NCBI GenBank assembly: GCA_964412625.1
Contig: CAYPPO010000005.1
Location: forward strand, 1 to 62,690
Length of the DNA stretch: 62,690 nt
Origin: an uncultured Candidatus Poseidoniales archaeon
GTDB lineage: Archaea > Thermoplasmatota > Poseidoniia > Poseidoniales > Poseidoniaceae
Reading direction: 5' to 3'
Program-made: the position numbers and the translations under genes
Notes under the pieces: model-generated
The model's input: the letters and a program-made list of their open reading frames with translations, nothing else
The model's database searches: none
What the model was told of the DNA's origin: nothing
Shown: one piece after another, positions 37,165 to 46,126 of the stretch
How positions within the stretch are numbered: position 1 is the first letter of the stretch
Layout: each line of letters starts with the position of its first letter

Positions 37165-39231
37165 TTGTTGACTAATTTCGAGAACCAGAATATCGATATG
37201 AAGTATCTGAACAATTACTCATATGTCAAGGACGTAATCAACCAAGATTATCGGTTTAACAATGTAGTCGAAGATGACGAATACGTTGGAAATCTCGAAC
37301 GACAAATCCAGAAATTCGTCGAGACCCAAACCATAACTAAGCCTTTGACAAATAGAAGGAATGGTATTATCAAACATCTAAGAAAAATCCTGACAAACAA
37401 ATTCCAGACAGCTAAATTGTCATCCTTTGGTTCGTTTGAATCAGGATTAAGCCTCTCATTCGGAGACATTGACTTATGCCTTGAATTTGATGGTGGGGCG
37501 CCAAAAAATGTACTAAAAAAGATTGCTCGCATGCTAGATGAAGATGGAATGAACGATGTTAAAATAATCACTAATGCTAAAGTTCCAATTGTGAAATGTA
37601 TCGATGGTAAATCAAAGATAGCAATCGACATATCGGTAAATAACAATCTATCAGTGTACAATACAGAATTGCTCAGACGGTACAATAAACTAGATGCTCG
37701 AGTTAAACCATTTATCTTAGCGATAAAATATTGGGCGAGGAGTCGGGGTATTTGTGAACCAACATCGGGTACATTTTCTTCGTATGCTTGGACATTGATA
37801 GCTATCAATGCACTACAAACGATGGAAAACCCGGTGATTCCTAACTTAACCCCAAAAGACGGCCGCCAGGCAGTAACAATAGAAGGGAAGAAATTCGACA
37901 TATCGATGTTGGATGTAGAAAATATCAATTTCATCTCTAAAAATGCAGATACTACCGCAGAATTAATCATTAAATTCTTTTCTTACCTTGCACTCAAGTG
38001 GCCATGGAATGACTCCGTTATTTCTGTAGGCAGTGGCAGGTTGTTATCAAGGAAACAGAAAAACTGGGAACACCAAAAGCCGTATATCAACACCGTGATT
38101 CAAGAAAAAAAACCAGTTCGTGTTGGTAAACATCCGCTACCAGTAGAGGATCCATTTGATCAATTACATGACTTGAGCGTAGTATTGGATGCAGAGGGCG
38201 TTTTCGAGATAAGAGATGAGGTGCTAAGAGCTCATGCGTTAATTCACGAATCAAATGATTGGGCCACAATTTGTCAAATAAAATACCCAGAACTATCTTA
38301 TGGCACACCTCAATTGGATTTGTTTGAAGATTTAAGAAGTAAAAATGAATCTGAAATTAAAGAAGAATTGCAAGAGCTTTTTTCACATCTAAATCGAGTA
38401 GAAAAAAGTGTATCTGTACGAGAAAGCGAAAGAAATGATGCAATTAGAATGTCAAAAGCCCTAAGAAAAAATGCTGAATTAGCTAGAGAACAGGCATCAC
38501 TGTCATCCGAACTAAAACCAAGAAGGTCGAAAATTCATGAACTACAGAGTAAACGAGACCTAAGCAACAATCATTACATTCCAGTTCATTTTATTGAAGA
38601 GGAATTACAGCGGGTCTATTATGCTCTGAGTCAAGAAGCTGAAACCGGCATAGAATTGTCTTTTGAAAAGGAGAAGTATTTGTTTTCTTGGTTTTTTGAG
38701 TTACAAAGTATGCATAAGCATGCAAAATTAACTAGAAAATACCACCGTGAATTCCTTAAATTAGTTAACCAACAGGAGCAATCCATTGAGCACATCAGTA
38801 GCATCCGTGAAGGAATTATCAACGTCTCCAACCTTGGAACATTTACTCAATTTGATGACTTAGCAAGGCGTTTACTTGCAGAGTTGAATCCGCTAAAAAA
38901 AGAGCGAAGAAGGCTCCGAAGAGAAATCGGTCGGTTGGAGGCATGGCTAAGAAAGCTTAACTTCACTGAGAAAAATCGCACGTCAAGCAAGAAACGGTTC
39001 AACAAAAGCAGGAAATCCCACAGTGCGATAACTGAAGTCAAAAATAAAGTGATATCCGGTGATTCTTTTTCATTACAGGACCTAGATATATTACTGAAAA
39101 ATGGTGGCATTAATTCGGTCGATAAGCAAACCGCTAATACACACAAAACCAACACCAAATCGAGGAAAAATAAACCATCGCTTCAACCGCACAGAGGTAA
39201 AAGAGGGAAATCCGCAAAAAATAGTCAATAA
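37165..39231 (+). CDS. Eukaryote-like Cid1/TUT4-7/TRF4-family terminal nucleotidyltransferase (NTase + PAP-associated domain) fused to a COG1340-like coiled coil
   Basis: FGSFESGLSLSFGDIDL (Asp at 37465 and 37471), AKVPIVKC, IDISVNN (Asp 37627), NTELL, IKYWARSRGI, GTFSSYAWTL, LIIKFFSY and NRM VEDPFDQLHDLS (His 38167). Start likely TTG 37165/37168 after GGGGAG, or ATG 37198. Confidence 0.88.
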   Translation: MLTNFENQNIDMKYLNNYSYVKDVINQDYRFNNVVEDDEYVGNLERQIQKFVETQTITKPLTNRRNGIIKHLRKILTNKFQTAKLSSFGSFESGLSLSFGDIDLCLEFDGGAPKNVLKKIARMLDEDGMNDVKIITNAKVPIVKCIDGKSKIAIDISVNNNLSVYNTELLRRYNKLDARVKPFILAIKYWARSRGICEPTSGTFSSYAWTLIAINALQTMENPVIPNLTPKDGRQAVTIEGKKFDISMLDVENINFISKNADTTAELIIKFFSYLALKWPWNDSVISVGSGRLLSRKQKNWEHQKPYINTVIQEKKPVRVGKHPLPVEDPFDQLHDLSVVLDAEGVFEIRDEVLRAHALIHESNDWATICQIKYPELSYGTPQLDLFEDLRSKNESEIKEELQELFSHLNRVEKSVSVRESERNDAIRMSKALRKNAELAREQASLSSELKPRRSKIHELQSKRDLSNNHYIPVHFIEEELQRVYYALSQEAETGIELSFEKEKYLFSWFFELQSMHKHAKLTRKYHREFLKLVNQQEQSIEHISSIREGIINVSNLGTFTQFDDLARRLLAELNPLKKERRRLRREIGRLEAWLRKLNFTEKNRTSSKKRFNKSRKSHSAITEVKNKVISGDSFSLQDLDILLKNGGINSVDKQTANTHKTNTKSRKNKPSLQPHRGKRGKSAKNSQ

Positions 39232-39243
39232 AGTGATTGTGTT

Positions 39244-39717
39244 ATGAAATTAAAATGGATTTTAGGCCCTAGGCCTGAGAATATGTCACAACATTGGCAA
39301 GCGAAAGTAACCGAACTCTTCAAACAAGAAACCGGAGAAACTTACACCGAGACAACCTTCAGAATGCTCGGAATTCCGGAATGGTATGGAAATAAACTTC
39401 TGATAGATACTGCCATTTATCCATCACCAGATTCATTATTTGGTGTAATGTGGTCCAAACCATTACTTGACGATCGAATTCGGATTGTCGCACTCGTAAT
39501 TGATAAGCAAGCACAGAACAACAATTACGGCACTGATATAATCTCGGAATTAATCAATACATCAAAAAAAACTGGGAAAAATCACATTCAGTTAGAAGTG
39601 CGGAAATCAAATCACAGAGCGCAGAATTTTTACTCGCGACACGGGCTGAAAATAGAAAGAACCATTCAAAATTATTACTCCAATGAGGATGGTTTTGTGA
39701 TGTGTGGTAAACTGTGA
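39244..39717 (+). CDS. GNAT N-acetyltransferase (RimI/Ard1-like)
   Basis: IVALVIDKQAQNNNYG (acetyl-CoA loop), LEVRKSNHRAQNFYSRHG and NYYSNEDGFVM. Confidence 0.85.
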   Translation: MKLKWILGPRPENMSQHWQAKVTELFKQETGETYTETTFRMLGIPEWYGNKLLIDTAIYPSPDSLFGVMWSKPLLDDRIRIVALVIDKQAQNNNYGTDIISELINTSKKTGKNHIQLEVRKSNHRAQNFYSRHGLKIERTIQNYYSNEDGFVMCGKL

Positions 39718-39756
39718 CTGTGATTACAATTATACACCTCACCGATATGACAATCC

Positions 39757-40089
39757 ATGGAGGAGTTTGTCGTTTCTGATTTGAGTGACTCTGAGTACAT
39801 ATTTAGTGCTGCAATATTAGATGATCAAGGTTTCATAAAAACATCAAACCCTGAAGATTCCAAGACGAAGGAACGATTGGCAAAATTTGCTGAAGTACTA
39901 TATGCATCAGATGATTTTGAAAAAACCACAATTATTACTGAACACCGTATTTTAGTAATTCACAGATTGGTTAGAAATTTTACGTTAGTAGTCGAGTGTT
40001 CAACAGATTCAAATTTAGGCATGATACGTGACGAGGTTACCGACGCAGTGACCCGCTTAGACACTTACTTTAATTCGACATCGAGGTAA
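39757..40089 (+). CDS. Roadblock/LC7-like small protein
   Basis: SAAILDDQGFIKTS near the N-terminus, and TLVVECSTDSNLGMIR...AVTRL C-terminal helix typical of Roadblock/MglB domains. Confidence 0.65.
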   Translation: MEEFVVSDLSDSEYIFSAAILDDQGFIKTSNPEDSKTKERLAKFAEVLYASDDFEKTTIITEHRILVIHRLVRNFTLVVECSTDSNLGMIRDEVTDAVTRLDTYFNSTSR

Positions 40090-40182
40090 TTAACGTATAT
40101 ATGCTGTCAATCGTCAATATCAAGCATTAAATGGGGGATATAGGTCCCAAGGACAGTGTAAGGTGGGAATCTTGCACACAAG

Positions 40183-41070
40183 GTGAGTATTGTAATGAGT
40201 GAAATTAATCAAATTCTTGAACAAAAAAAGAATATGGTAAATGAAAAAGCAACAAAATTTCGTGAAACAAGAGATGAATGGAACAAGAAATCCAAAACAC
40301 ATTCCACCGCAAGAAACGAATTAAATGCTGAAGTTAAGGAATTGATTGTCCAAGTAAGAGAGCAACGTGAAATTAGAGAACAAATGAACGAAATTGTCCG
40401 TGAAAAGAAAACGGTCAGACAAGAAGCAAATTCTGCAGTAAAAGAGATTAAATCCCGAATAGAGTCCAGTAGAGGCCCAGTTGAGCAAGATAACTCCCGA
40501 GGCAGGCGAGGGCAAAGACCCGTTACATCTCACCAACTCAGGCGAGAACTTGAAAGACTTGAAAGAGAATTTGAGCAAGGCAGACATACTGGTAAGAACG
40601 AAAAGAAAGTTATGAAAAGAATGAAAGAAATCAGTTCAAAACTAAAGCAAATGACGACAATCGATGAAGGTAATGAAGACATGAAGGGCCTAAGAATTGA
40701 ATTGAAGTCCGCTCTTGAAAAGCAAGAGGAAGCCCATGAAGAAGTGCAAAATGCAGCAAACGCTGCACAAGAGGCACATGAACTGATGCTACAGTGGAAC
40801 AAAGAAGTTGACAAACAAAGAGACAAGGCTGAATCTTGTCATAGAGAATTACGTAAGTCAAAGAAAGAAGCAGATAAGGCTCATCACTTATACATAGTTT
40901 CGTTACGTTGTTTGCACTCTATTCAAGACATGATTTCAGCAATGTCTGGAAGTGAAGAAACCACTGGAAAATCCGAAGCAAGAGTCGAAGTTCAGGATTT
41001 GATGACTAAACTAATGTCTGGTGACACATTGTCTACTGAAGAACTAATGCAGCTGCAGAAATTTGATTGA
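40183..41070 (+). CDS. Archaeal coiled-coil protein (COG1340-like)
   Basis: RDEWN, RNELNAEV, LERLEREFEQ...NEKKVMKRMKE, AQEAHELM, ADKAHH and C-terminal KLMSGDTLSTEELM. Confidence 0.8.
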   Translation: MSIVMSEINQILEQKKNMVNEKATKFRETRDEWNKKSKTHSTARNELNAEVKELIVQVREQREIREQMNEIVREKKTVRQEANSAVKEIKSRIESSRGPVEQDNSRGRRGQRPVTSHQLRRELERLEREFEQGRHTGKNEKKVMKRMKEISSKLKQMTTIDEGNEDMKGLRIELKSALEKQEEAHEEVQNAANAAQEAHELMLQWNKEVDKQRDKAESCHRELRKSKKEADKAHHLYIVSLRCLHSIQDMISAMSGSEETTGKSEARVEVQDLMTKLMSGDTLSTEELMQLQKFD

Positions 41071-41104
41071 AACATGATACATAGTAGAGTCGCATTAAAG
41101 ATAG

Positions 41105-42271
41105 GTGTTCAGTATGATAGGCAAGGACGATATTGCGTTGATTGTTGAGGAGTATGACCGTTTAAAATTACGAATTGGAATGACGGCATCTCATTCTGCA
41201 CTTGACATTTGTGATGGGGCAATAGAAGAAGGGTTTCCAACTGTAGCCTATTGCAAAGAGGGGCGTCACAAAACTTATGCAAATTATTTCAAGACACACC
41301 GAACCGGCTCTGGTAGAGTAAAACGTGGAATGGTTGACAAAACAATCATCATGCCTTCATTTAATGATGTAATGCAAGAGAGTATGCAAGTCGAAATGCG
41401 AAAAAGAAATGTTGTCTACATCCCTAACCGATCATTTACTTCATATTCAACAATTGATGATGTAGAAAATAACTTCCATGTTCCCTTATTTGGCTCAAGA
41501 AACATGCTAAGGATGGAAGAAAGAACTGAAGAACAAGATTATTACTGGATTCTAGAGAAAGCAGGATTGCCGTTTCCTGAAGCCATTCATAACCCTGAGG
41601 AAATCGACTGCTTAGTAATTGTAAAGCTTCATCATGCACAGAAAAAACTAGAACGGGGATTCTTCACCTGTGCATCTTATCAAGAGTATACCGAAAAATC
41701 CCAAGAACTCTTGAAAACGGGGATTATTGATCAAACATCATTAGACGGTGCTCGAATTGAAAAGTACGTTATTGGACCTGTTTTCAACCTAAATTTCTTT
41801 TACAGCCCATTATCAGACGAAGGAGAAAAATTGGAACTGCTTGGTGTTGATTGGCGCTTTGAATCGTCACTAGATGGGCATGTTAGGTTACCCGCTCCTC
41901 AACAAATGACAATGCCATTACATCAACAAATTCCTGAAATGACAGTGGTTGGACATAACACGGCAACAATTAGAGAATCGCTATTAGAGAAGGCGTTTGA
42001 ACTCGGCGAGAAATTTATCAAAGCAAGCAAAGAGTATTATGATCCGGGGATAATTGGTCCATTTTGTCTACAAACCTGTATTGACAAAGATATGAACTAT
42101 TACATCTATGATGTTGCTCCAAGGCTAGGAGGTGGCACAAATGTACATGTCAACGTTGGACATCCATATGGAAATGCAACCTGGAGAAAACCAATGTCAA
42201 GTGGCAGGCGAATTGCGATGGAATTGCGCATGGCTGCTGAACAAGATCGCTTATTAGAAGTATTAACTTGA
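41105..42271 (+). CDS. PurP-like formate--phosphoribosylaminoimidazolecarboxamide ligase family protein (ATP-grasp)
   Basis: ASHSALDICDGAIEEGF, IPNRSF, PLFGSRNMLR, RGFF, IGPFCLQ and DVAPRLGGGTN. Likely ATG start at 41114. Confidence 0.88.
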   Translation: MFSMIGKDDIALIVEEYDRLKLRIGMTASHSALDICDGAIEEGFPTVAYCKEGRHKTYANYFKTHRTGSGRVKRGMVDKTIIMPSFNDVMQESMQVEMRKRNVVYIPNRSFTSYSTIDDVENNFHVPLFGSRNMLRMEERTEEQDYYWILEKAGLPFPEAIHNPEEIDCLVIVKLHHAQKKLERGFFTCASYQEYTEKSQELLKTGIIDQTSLDGARIEKYVIGPVFNLNFFYSPLSDEGEKLELLGVDWRFESSLDGHVRLPAPQQMTMPLHQQIPEMTVVGHNTATIRESLLEKAFELGEKFIKASKEYYDPGIIGPFCLQTCIDKDMNYYIYDVAPRLGGGTNVHVNVGHPYGNATWRKPMSSGRRIAMELRMAAEQDRLLEVLT

Positions 42272-42296
42272 TTATTCTTCAAACATTATGTGATAA

Positions 42297-45200
42297 TTAT
42301 CCCATGAAATTAGGGAAATATTGCTGGGTGTATGCCACCGCATGCTCGTGTGGGTAACCTTGATTCAAGAGATTCTGATAGTATTCTCTTGCAGGGTCTG
42401 CTGCAGTAACTGGTTGTTGCACATAGGCCTGTGTGGGTTGATAGTTCTGGCTTTGTTGAGGCACAGCATATGTTTTAGCCATCTGTTGGTTAATACCGAT
42501 TACATTATTTTGCCTGTTATTACCTCTGCTGCGGATGAATAGTAGGGTTGCGATAATAATCAATACTAGAATTCCTCCTCCTGTCACGGCTACTGTTCCA
42601 AACGAGGCACCATCGGAATTAGGTGGTGGACCCCATCTTGTTGGGTCATCTGGATAACCGTCTGCACCGTCCGAATAACCCCAATTGTTGTCTTTATTTG
42701 AGTGACCATCACCATCACTATCGAAACATCCAAACCTATCGACTGTTGAATTACCGATTACGCTTGAGCAGGCATCAGCACCCATTGAAGTATTCCAATT
42801 TGCTGTTGGATCAGAATATCCATCCGAGTCAAAATCTGAACATCCCAACCGATCAATTGTTGAATCTCCTGCTACATCTATGCAAGCATCTGATATTGGA
42901 GTCCCCGGGTTGTCACCATAACCATCACCATCTGAGTCTGCCCATTGTAGGGGATTCTGTGGATAGACATCACCGCCACTGTATTTTGTCCAAAACTCAT
43001 CAATGTTCGAGTAACCATCGCCATCACTGTCGACACACCCCTTCCTGTCCTGATTTGACGTCCCAGCAATAAGTGGACAGTAATCGCCATTAAATCCTTC
43101 CAAATTGTCCCCAAATCCATCACCATCAGAGTCAAGCCATTGGCTTGATTCTTGAGCGAAGGCATCTATGTCATCATACCAACCATCTCCATCAATATCT
43201 GGGCAACCATATATGCCTTGTTGATTTGATGTACCAGGTTGGAACGGACAAGCATCCTGCTCATTTTGGTTTATTGTTTCAATATATTCGCCTGGCCAAG
43301 TTACAGGGCGATCAAACCAAGTAGAATTACCCCAATTATCTCCTAATCCATCACCATCAAAATCAGACCACTGAAGTGGATTTTGTGGGAACGCATCGGC
43401 ACCATCATTTTGATCCCAAGCACCATCGGGATTAGAATAACCATCCTCATCAAAATCAAAACATCCTTGACGGTCAAAAATTGAGTCACCTGCGATATCA
43501 ATACAATCGTCTGCATTGATGCCATCTGGATTATCACCAAATCCATCATTATCTAAGTCAGACCATTGACTTGGTTCGAAATCAAACGCATCATCGACAT
43601 TTGCCCATCCGTCACCATCACTATCCAAGCAACCAATTTTACCATTGGCTGTTGAATTACCAGATTGTAATGGACATGTATCTGTGCCATCCGACCAAGT
43701 ATCGCCATCAGAGTCTGCACAGCCCTGCTCCCCCTGTGTTGAGGTGCCATAATATGTTGGACAATCGTCAAATGAATCGTCGAACGCATCACCGTCATCA
43801 TTGATATCTTCATCACTGTCTCTGCAACCGTCGCCATCCATATCGGTAGTCTGATCTGAAATCCAGGTTGGTCGAGGTGGGTTATATGATGTTCTTGGAC
43901 AATTATCATCAGCATCTAAAATTCCATCATTGTCGTCATCCAAATCCTCAGGATGATCGTCTTTACAACCATCATTATCCCAATCGGTAGAATTGGAGGG
44001 GTTACTAAAATCTCTCGTGCTTGTCCACCCTGTTTGGCTATTGCGTGGACAATTATCTGGGAAATTATCTGTTATGCCGTCGTTGTCATCATCAGAATCA
44101 CACGCATCACCTTTAGAATCTAAATCAGTATTCTCTTGACCTGAATTGGGGGTGTTAGGGCAATTATCATCTTCATCAGCAACTCCATCTCCATCAGCGT
44201 CGAGTATTGCGATAGTTTCAGTAAGCCAAACATACGGCACTAGGACCGATGTGGATTGGGTTTGGGCTGATGAGGTACCAAAATCGATTGTCCCGTTATA
44301 GTTGCCGCCGACAGCTAGTGCACCGTTTGACATCATTGAAATTCCAGAAACTGCATCATCATCTGAGCTCCCAGCGTCAAACAAGGCGACTGGATTACCA
44401 TTTGAATTGAATGTAACAACTACTGAATCATTGTAACCTCTAGTTGAAAAAGACTGACCGGCAAAATTAAAATTGCTTTGCGATGATAGACCTAACAAAG
44501 TATAACCCGTATTACTATCAAATTCTACACCACTACCTGAATCATAACTTGAACCGCCAACAGAGTTAGCCCAATTCCATGAACCAGTACTTGTCATACT
44601 GGCTACAAATGCATCCGATTGTCCTGCGCTGGTTAGTTGGGTTCCAAGGTTAATCGCACCTGTGTATACTCCGGACATTAACAAATTGTTTTGATTGTCC
44701 ATCGTAAAATCGGTCGCTATAGGTTGACCACTACCTGTGGTCGCATATGCAGATTGCCAAGCACCGGCTTGGCTTATCTTCGCAATCCCAAGTGGGACTT
44801 CATTTATTCCAGCATTTGCAACAACACTGCCAAATGTCATGCTCACCTCAAAATTGGTTGCAACCCAAATATTGTTGCTACCATCGACTGTCATTGCATT
44901 TATTTCTTGGGCGCCTTGACCTCTTGCTACTTCTGACCATTGGAGGTTTCCGGAGTTACCGTATTTGGCAACAAAAACCTCTATGTCATCACCATTTTGT
45001 GCACCAGTATCAGCGGCTACACCAACATCGGTATTGCCTAGGAACCAACCGCCGATGATTGGATTGCTGTTTGAATCAGTAGTAATTGAGGTCCCGTATA
45101 CAACGTCTAGAGTGGTGACGGTAACTCCGTCATAATCACCGTTGCCGCGTAATGCTTGAGCCCATTGCCATTGCCCATTTGGCGATAACTTAGCAGTCCA

Positions 45201-45725
45201 ACAATCCCAGTATCCTGTCGACGTTAGTGTAATTGAGCCAAATGCAATCGATTCGTAAAACATCCCGGTAGCAAATATATCTCCATTCGGAGCCACGGAG
45301 ATATCCTGTAGAGTCGCTTCTGCGTACTGAGACGTCCCAGTCACTGAAACTTTGGTAATCCATTGCCAATTCCCATTTGAGTCGGCTTTACCAATCCATG
45401 GTTCTATTAATTGGCCAGATGTTACTGATGAAGAACCCATCGTCATTGTGGTAGAACCACTGATAATTCCTGCTACAACTATTTCATTATTTGATGATGT
45501 ATCAATTGAATTCATTATCACCGGATTTGCTGCATTACCAGATGCTGACCAGTCGTTTGAATTTCTTGGTGAAAAATCACTGATATTATCATGTGGGGAA
45601 AGCTCTGTCTGAAATTCGCTAGCACCTTCATAATCAGATAGTAATGTCGTCGACAAAATAGACAAAAACAGCAGGATGATAATAACTAAACTGAACGATT
45701 TCGCTATACGCATGGCTAGGACCAC
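42297..45725 (-). CDS. Large surface protein: beta-propeller repeats + thrombospondin type-3 Ca-binding repeats + TM + Gln-rich tail
   Basis: Signal peptide; repeated GNWQW/GQWQW blade motifs; many DxDxDG...D-x-C-P units; TM VAVTGGGILVLIIIATLLFI. Confidence 0.88.
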   Translation of the reverse strand: MVLAMRIAKSFSLVIIILLFLSILSTTLLSDYEGASEFQTELSPHDNISDFSPRNSNDWSASGNAANPVIMNSIDTSSNNEIVVAGIISGSTTMTMGSSSVTSGQLIEPWIGKADSNGNWQWITKVSVTGTSQYAEATLQDISVAPNGDIFATGMFYESIAFGSITLTSTGYWDCWTAKLSPNGQWQWAQALRGNGDYDGVTVTTLDVVYGTSITTDSNSNPIIGGWFLGNTDVGVAADTGAQNGDDIEVFVAKYGNSGNLQWSEVARGQGAQEINAMTVDGSNNIWVATNFEVSMTFGSVVANAGINEVPLGIAKISQAGAWQSAYATTGSGQPIATDFTMDNQNNLLMSGVYTGAINLGTQLTSAGQSDAFVASMTSTGSWNWANSVGGSSYDSGSGVEFDSNTGYTLLGLSSQSNFNFAGQSFSTRGYNDSVVVTFNSNGNPVALFDAGSSDDDAVSGISMMSNGALAVGGNYNGTIDFGTSSAQTQSTSVLVPYVWLTETIAILDADGDGVADEDDNCPNTPNSGQENTDLDSKGDACDSDDDNDGITDNFPDNCPRNSQTGWTSTRDFSNPSNSTDWDNDGCKDDHPEDLDDDNDGILDADDNCPRTSYNPPRPTWISDQTTDMDGDGCRDSDEDINDDGDAFDDSFDDCPTYYGTSTQGEQGCADSDGDTWSDGTDTCPLQSGNSTANGKIGCLDSDGDGWANVDDAFDFEPSQWSDLDNDGFGDNPDGINADDCIDIAGDSIFDRQGCFDFDEDGYSNPDGAWDQNDGADAFPQNPLQWSDFDGDGLGDNWGNSTWFDRPVTWPGEYIETINQNEQDACPFQPGTSNQQGIYGCPDIDGDGWYDDIDAFAQESSQWLDSDGDGFGDNLEGFNGDYCPLIAGTSNQDRKGCVDSDGDGYSNIDEFWTKYSGGDVYPQNPLQWADSDGDGYGDNPGTPISDACIDVAGDSTIDRLGCSDFDSDGYSDPTANWNTSMGADACSSVIGNSTVDRFGCFDSDGDGHSNKDNNWGYSDGADGYPDDPTRWGPPPNSDGASFGTVAVTGGGILVLIIIATLLFIRSRGNNRQNNVIGINQQMAKTYAVPQQSQNYQPTQAYVQQPVTAADPAREYYQNLLNQGYPHEHAVAYTQQYFPNFMG
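42600..44200 (-). repeat. Thrombospondin type-3-like (DxDxDGxxD/CP) protein repeats
   Basis: Repeated DADGDG, DSDDDNDG, DSDGDG and DFDSDG units with interleaved Cys-Pro in the translation; degenerate at DNA level. Boundaries approximate. Confidence 0.85.
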
Positions 45726-45778
45726 GCTAACCGTGTCATAGGAGGGTCAAGAAACCTTCCCAAATTTGTCTCAGTTAT

Positions 45779-46126
45779 TCATTCTATGTTAGAATCTAGA
45801 GATAGAATGTCACTATCCCCACCTTCTATTATGGTAATTGTTGATACTGCAAATGGTTTACCACAAGCAATTCCTAGTTCTCGGTTGACCAGCATAGCTC
45901 GATATTTGATTACGCTAGGGTGGCTGGCATGTAAGTTATCGATATACTCTTGCGGGCAATTTGCTGCAAGAATTATCATCTTGGCTTCACCGGATGCGCA
46001 TGCATCTAATGCTTGGCGTTGTCCAAATAATAGTTTACCAGTTGCTATTGCTGTCTTTAATTGTCTACTTAAATCCATATTTTTTCCTCCATACTCCACT
46101 TTGTTTCTCATGGTTGGAATAATCAC
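45779..46126 (-). CDS. rpl30e: 50S ribosomal protein L30e
   Basis: [18 protein letters not shown] and [13 protein letters not shown]; downstream of rpoA''. Confidence 0.93.
   Translation of the reverse strand: MIIPTMRNKVEYGGKNMDLSRQLKTAIATGKLLFGQRQALDACASGEAKMIILAANCPQEYIDNLHASHPSVIKYRAMLVNRELGIACGKPFAVSTITIIEGGDSDILSLDSNIE

Noticed and set aside
37165-39231. Alternative identities for the nucleotidyltransferase: archaeal CCA-adding enzyme, cGAS/DncV-like CD-NTase, MNT antitoxin
   Set aside because: All share GS...DxD, but KVPIVK, DISVNN, GTFSSY and EDPF..H are specific to the TRF4/Cid1 family. There are no CBASS effector or HEPN genes adjacent. A profile search should still confirm this.
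42600-44200. Repetitive DNA (ccatca/atcatc-rich) suggesting a CRISPR array or tandem repeat
   Set aside because: The repeats are degenerate and codon-phased (Asp-Gly rich TSP3 units), with no fixed-length identical direct repeats and no cas genes.
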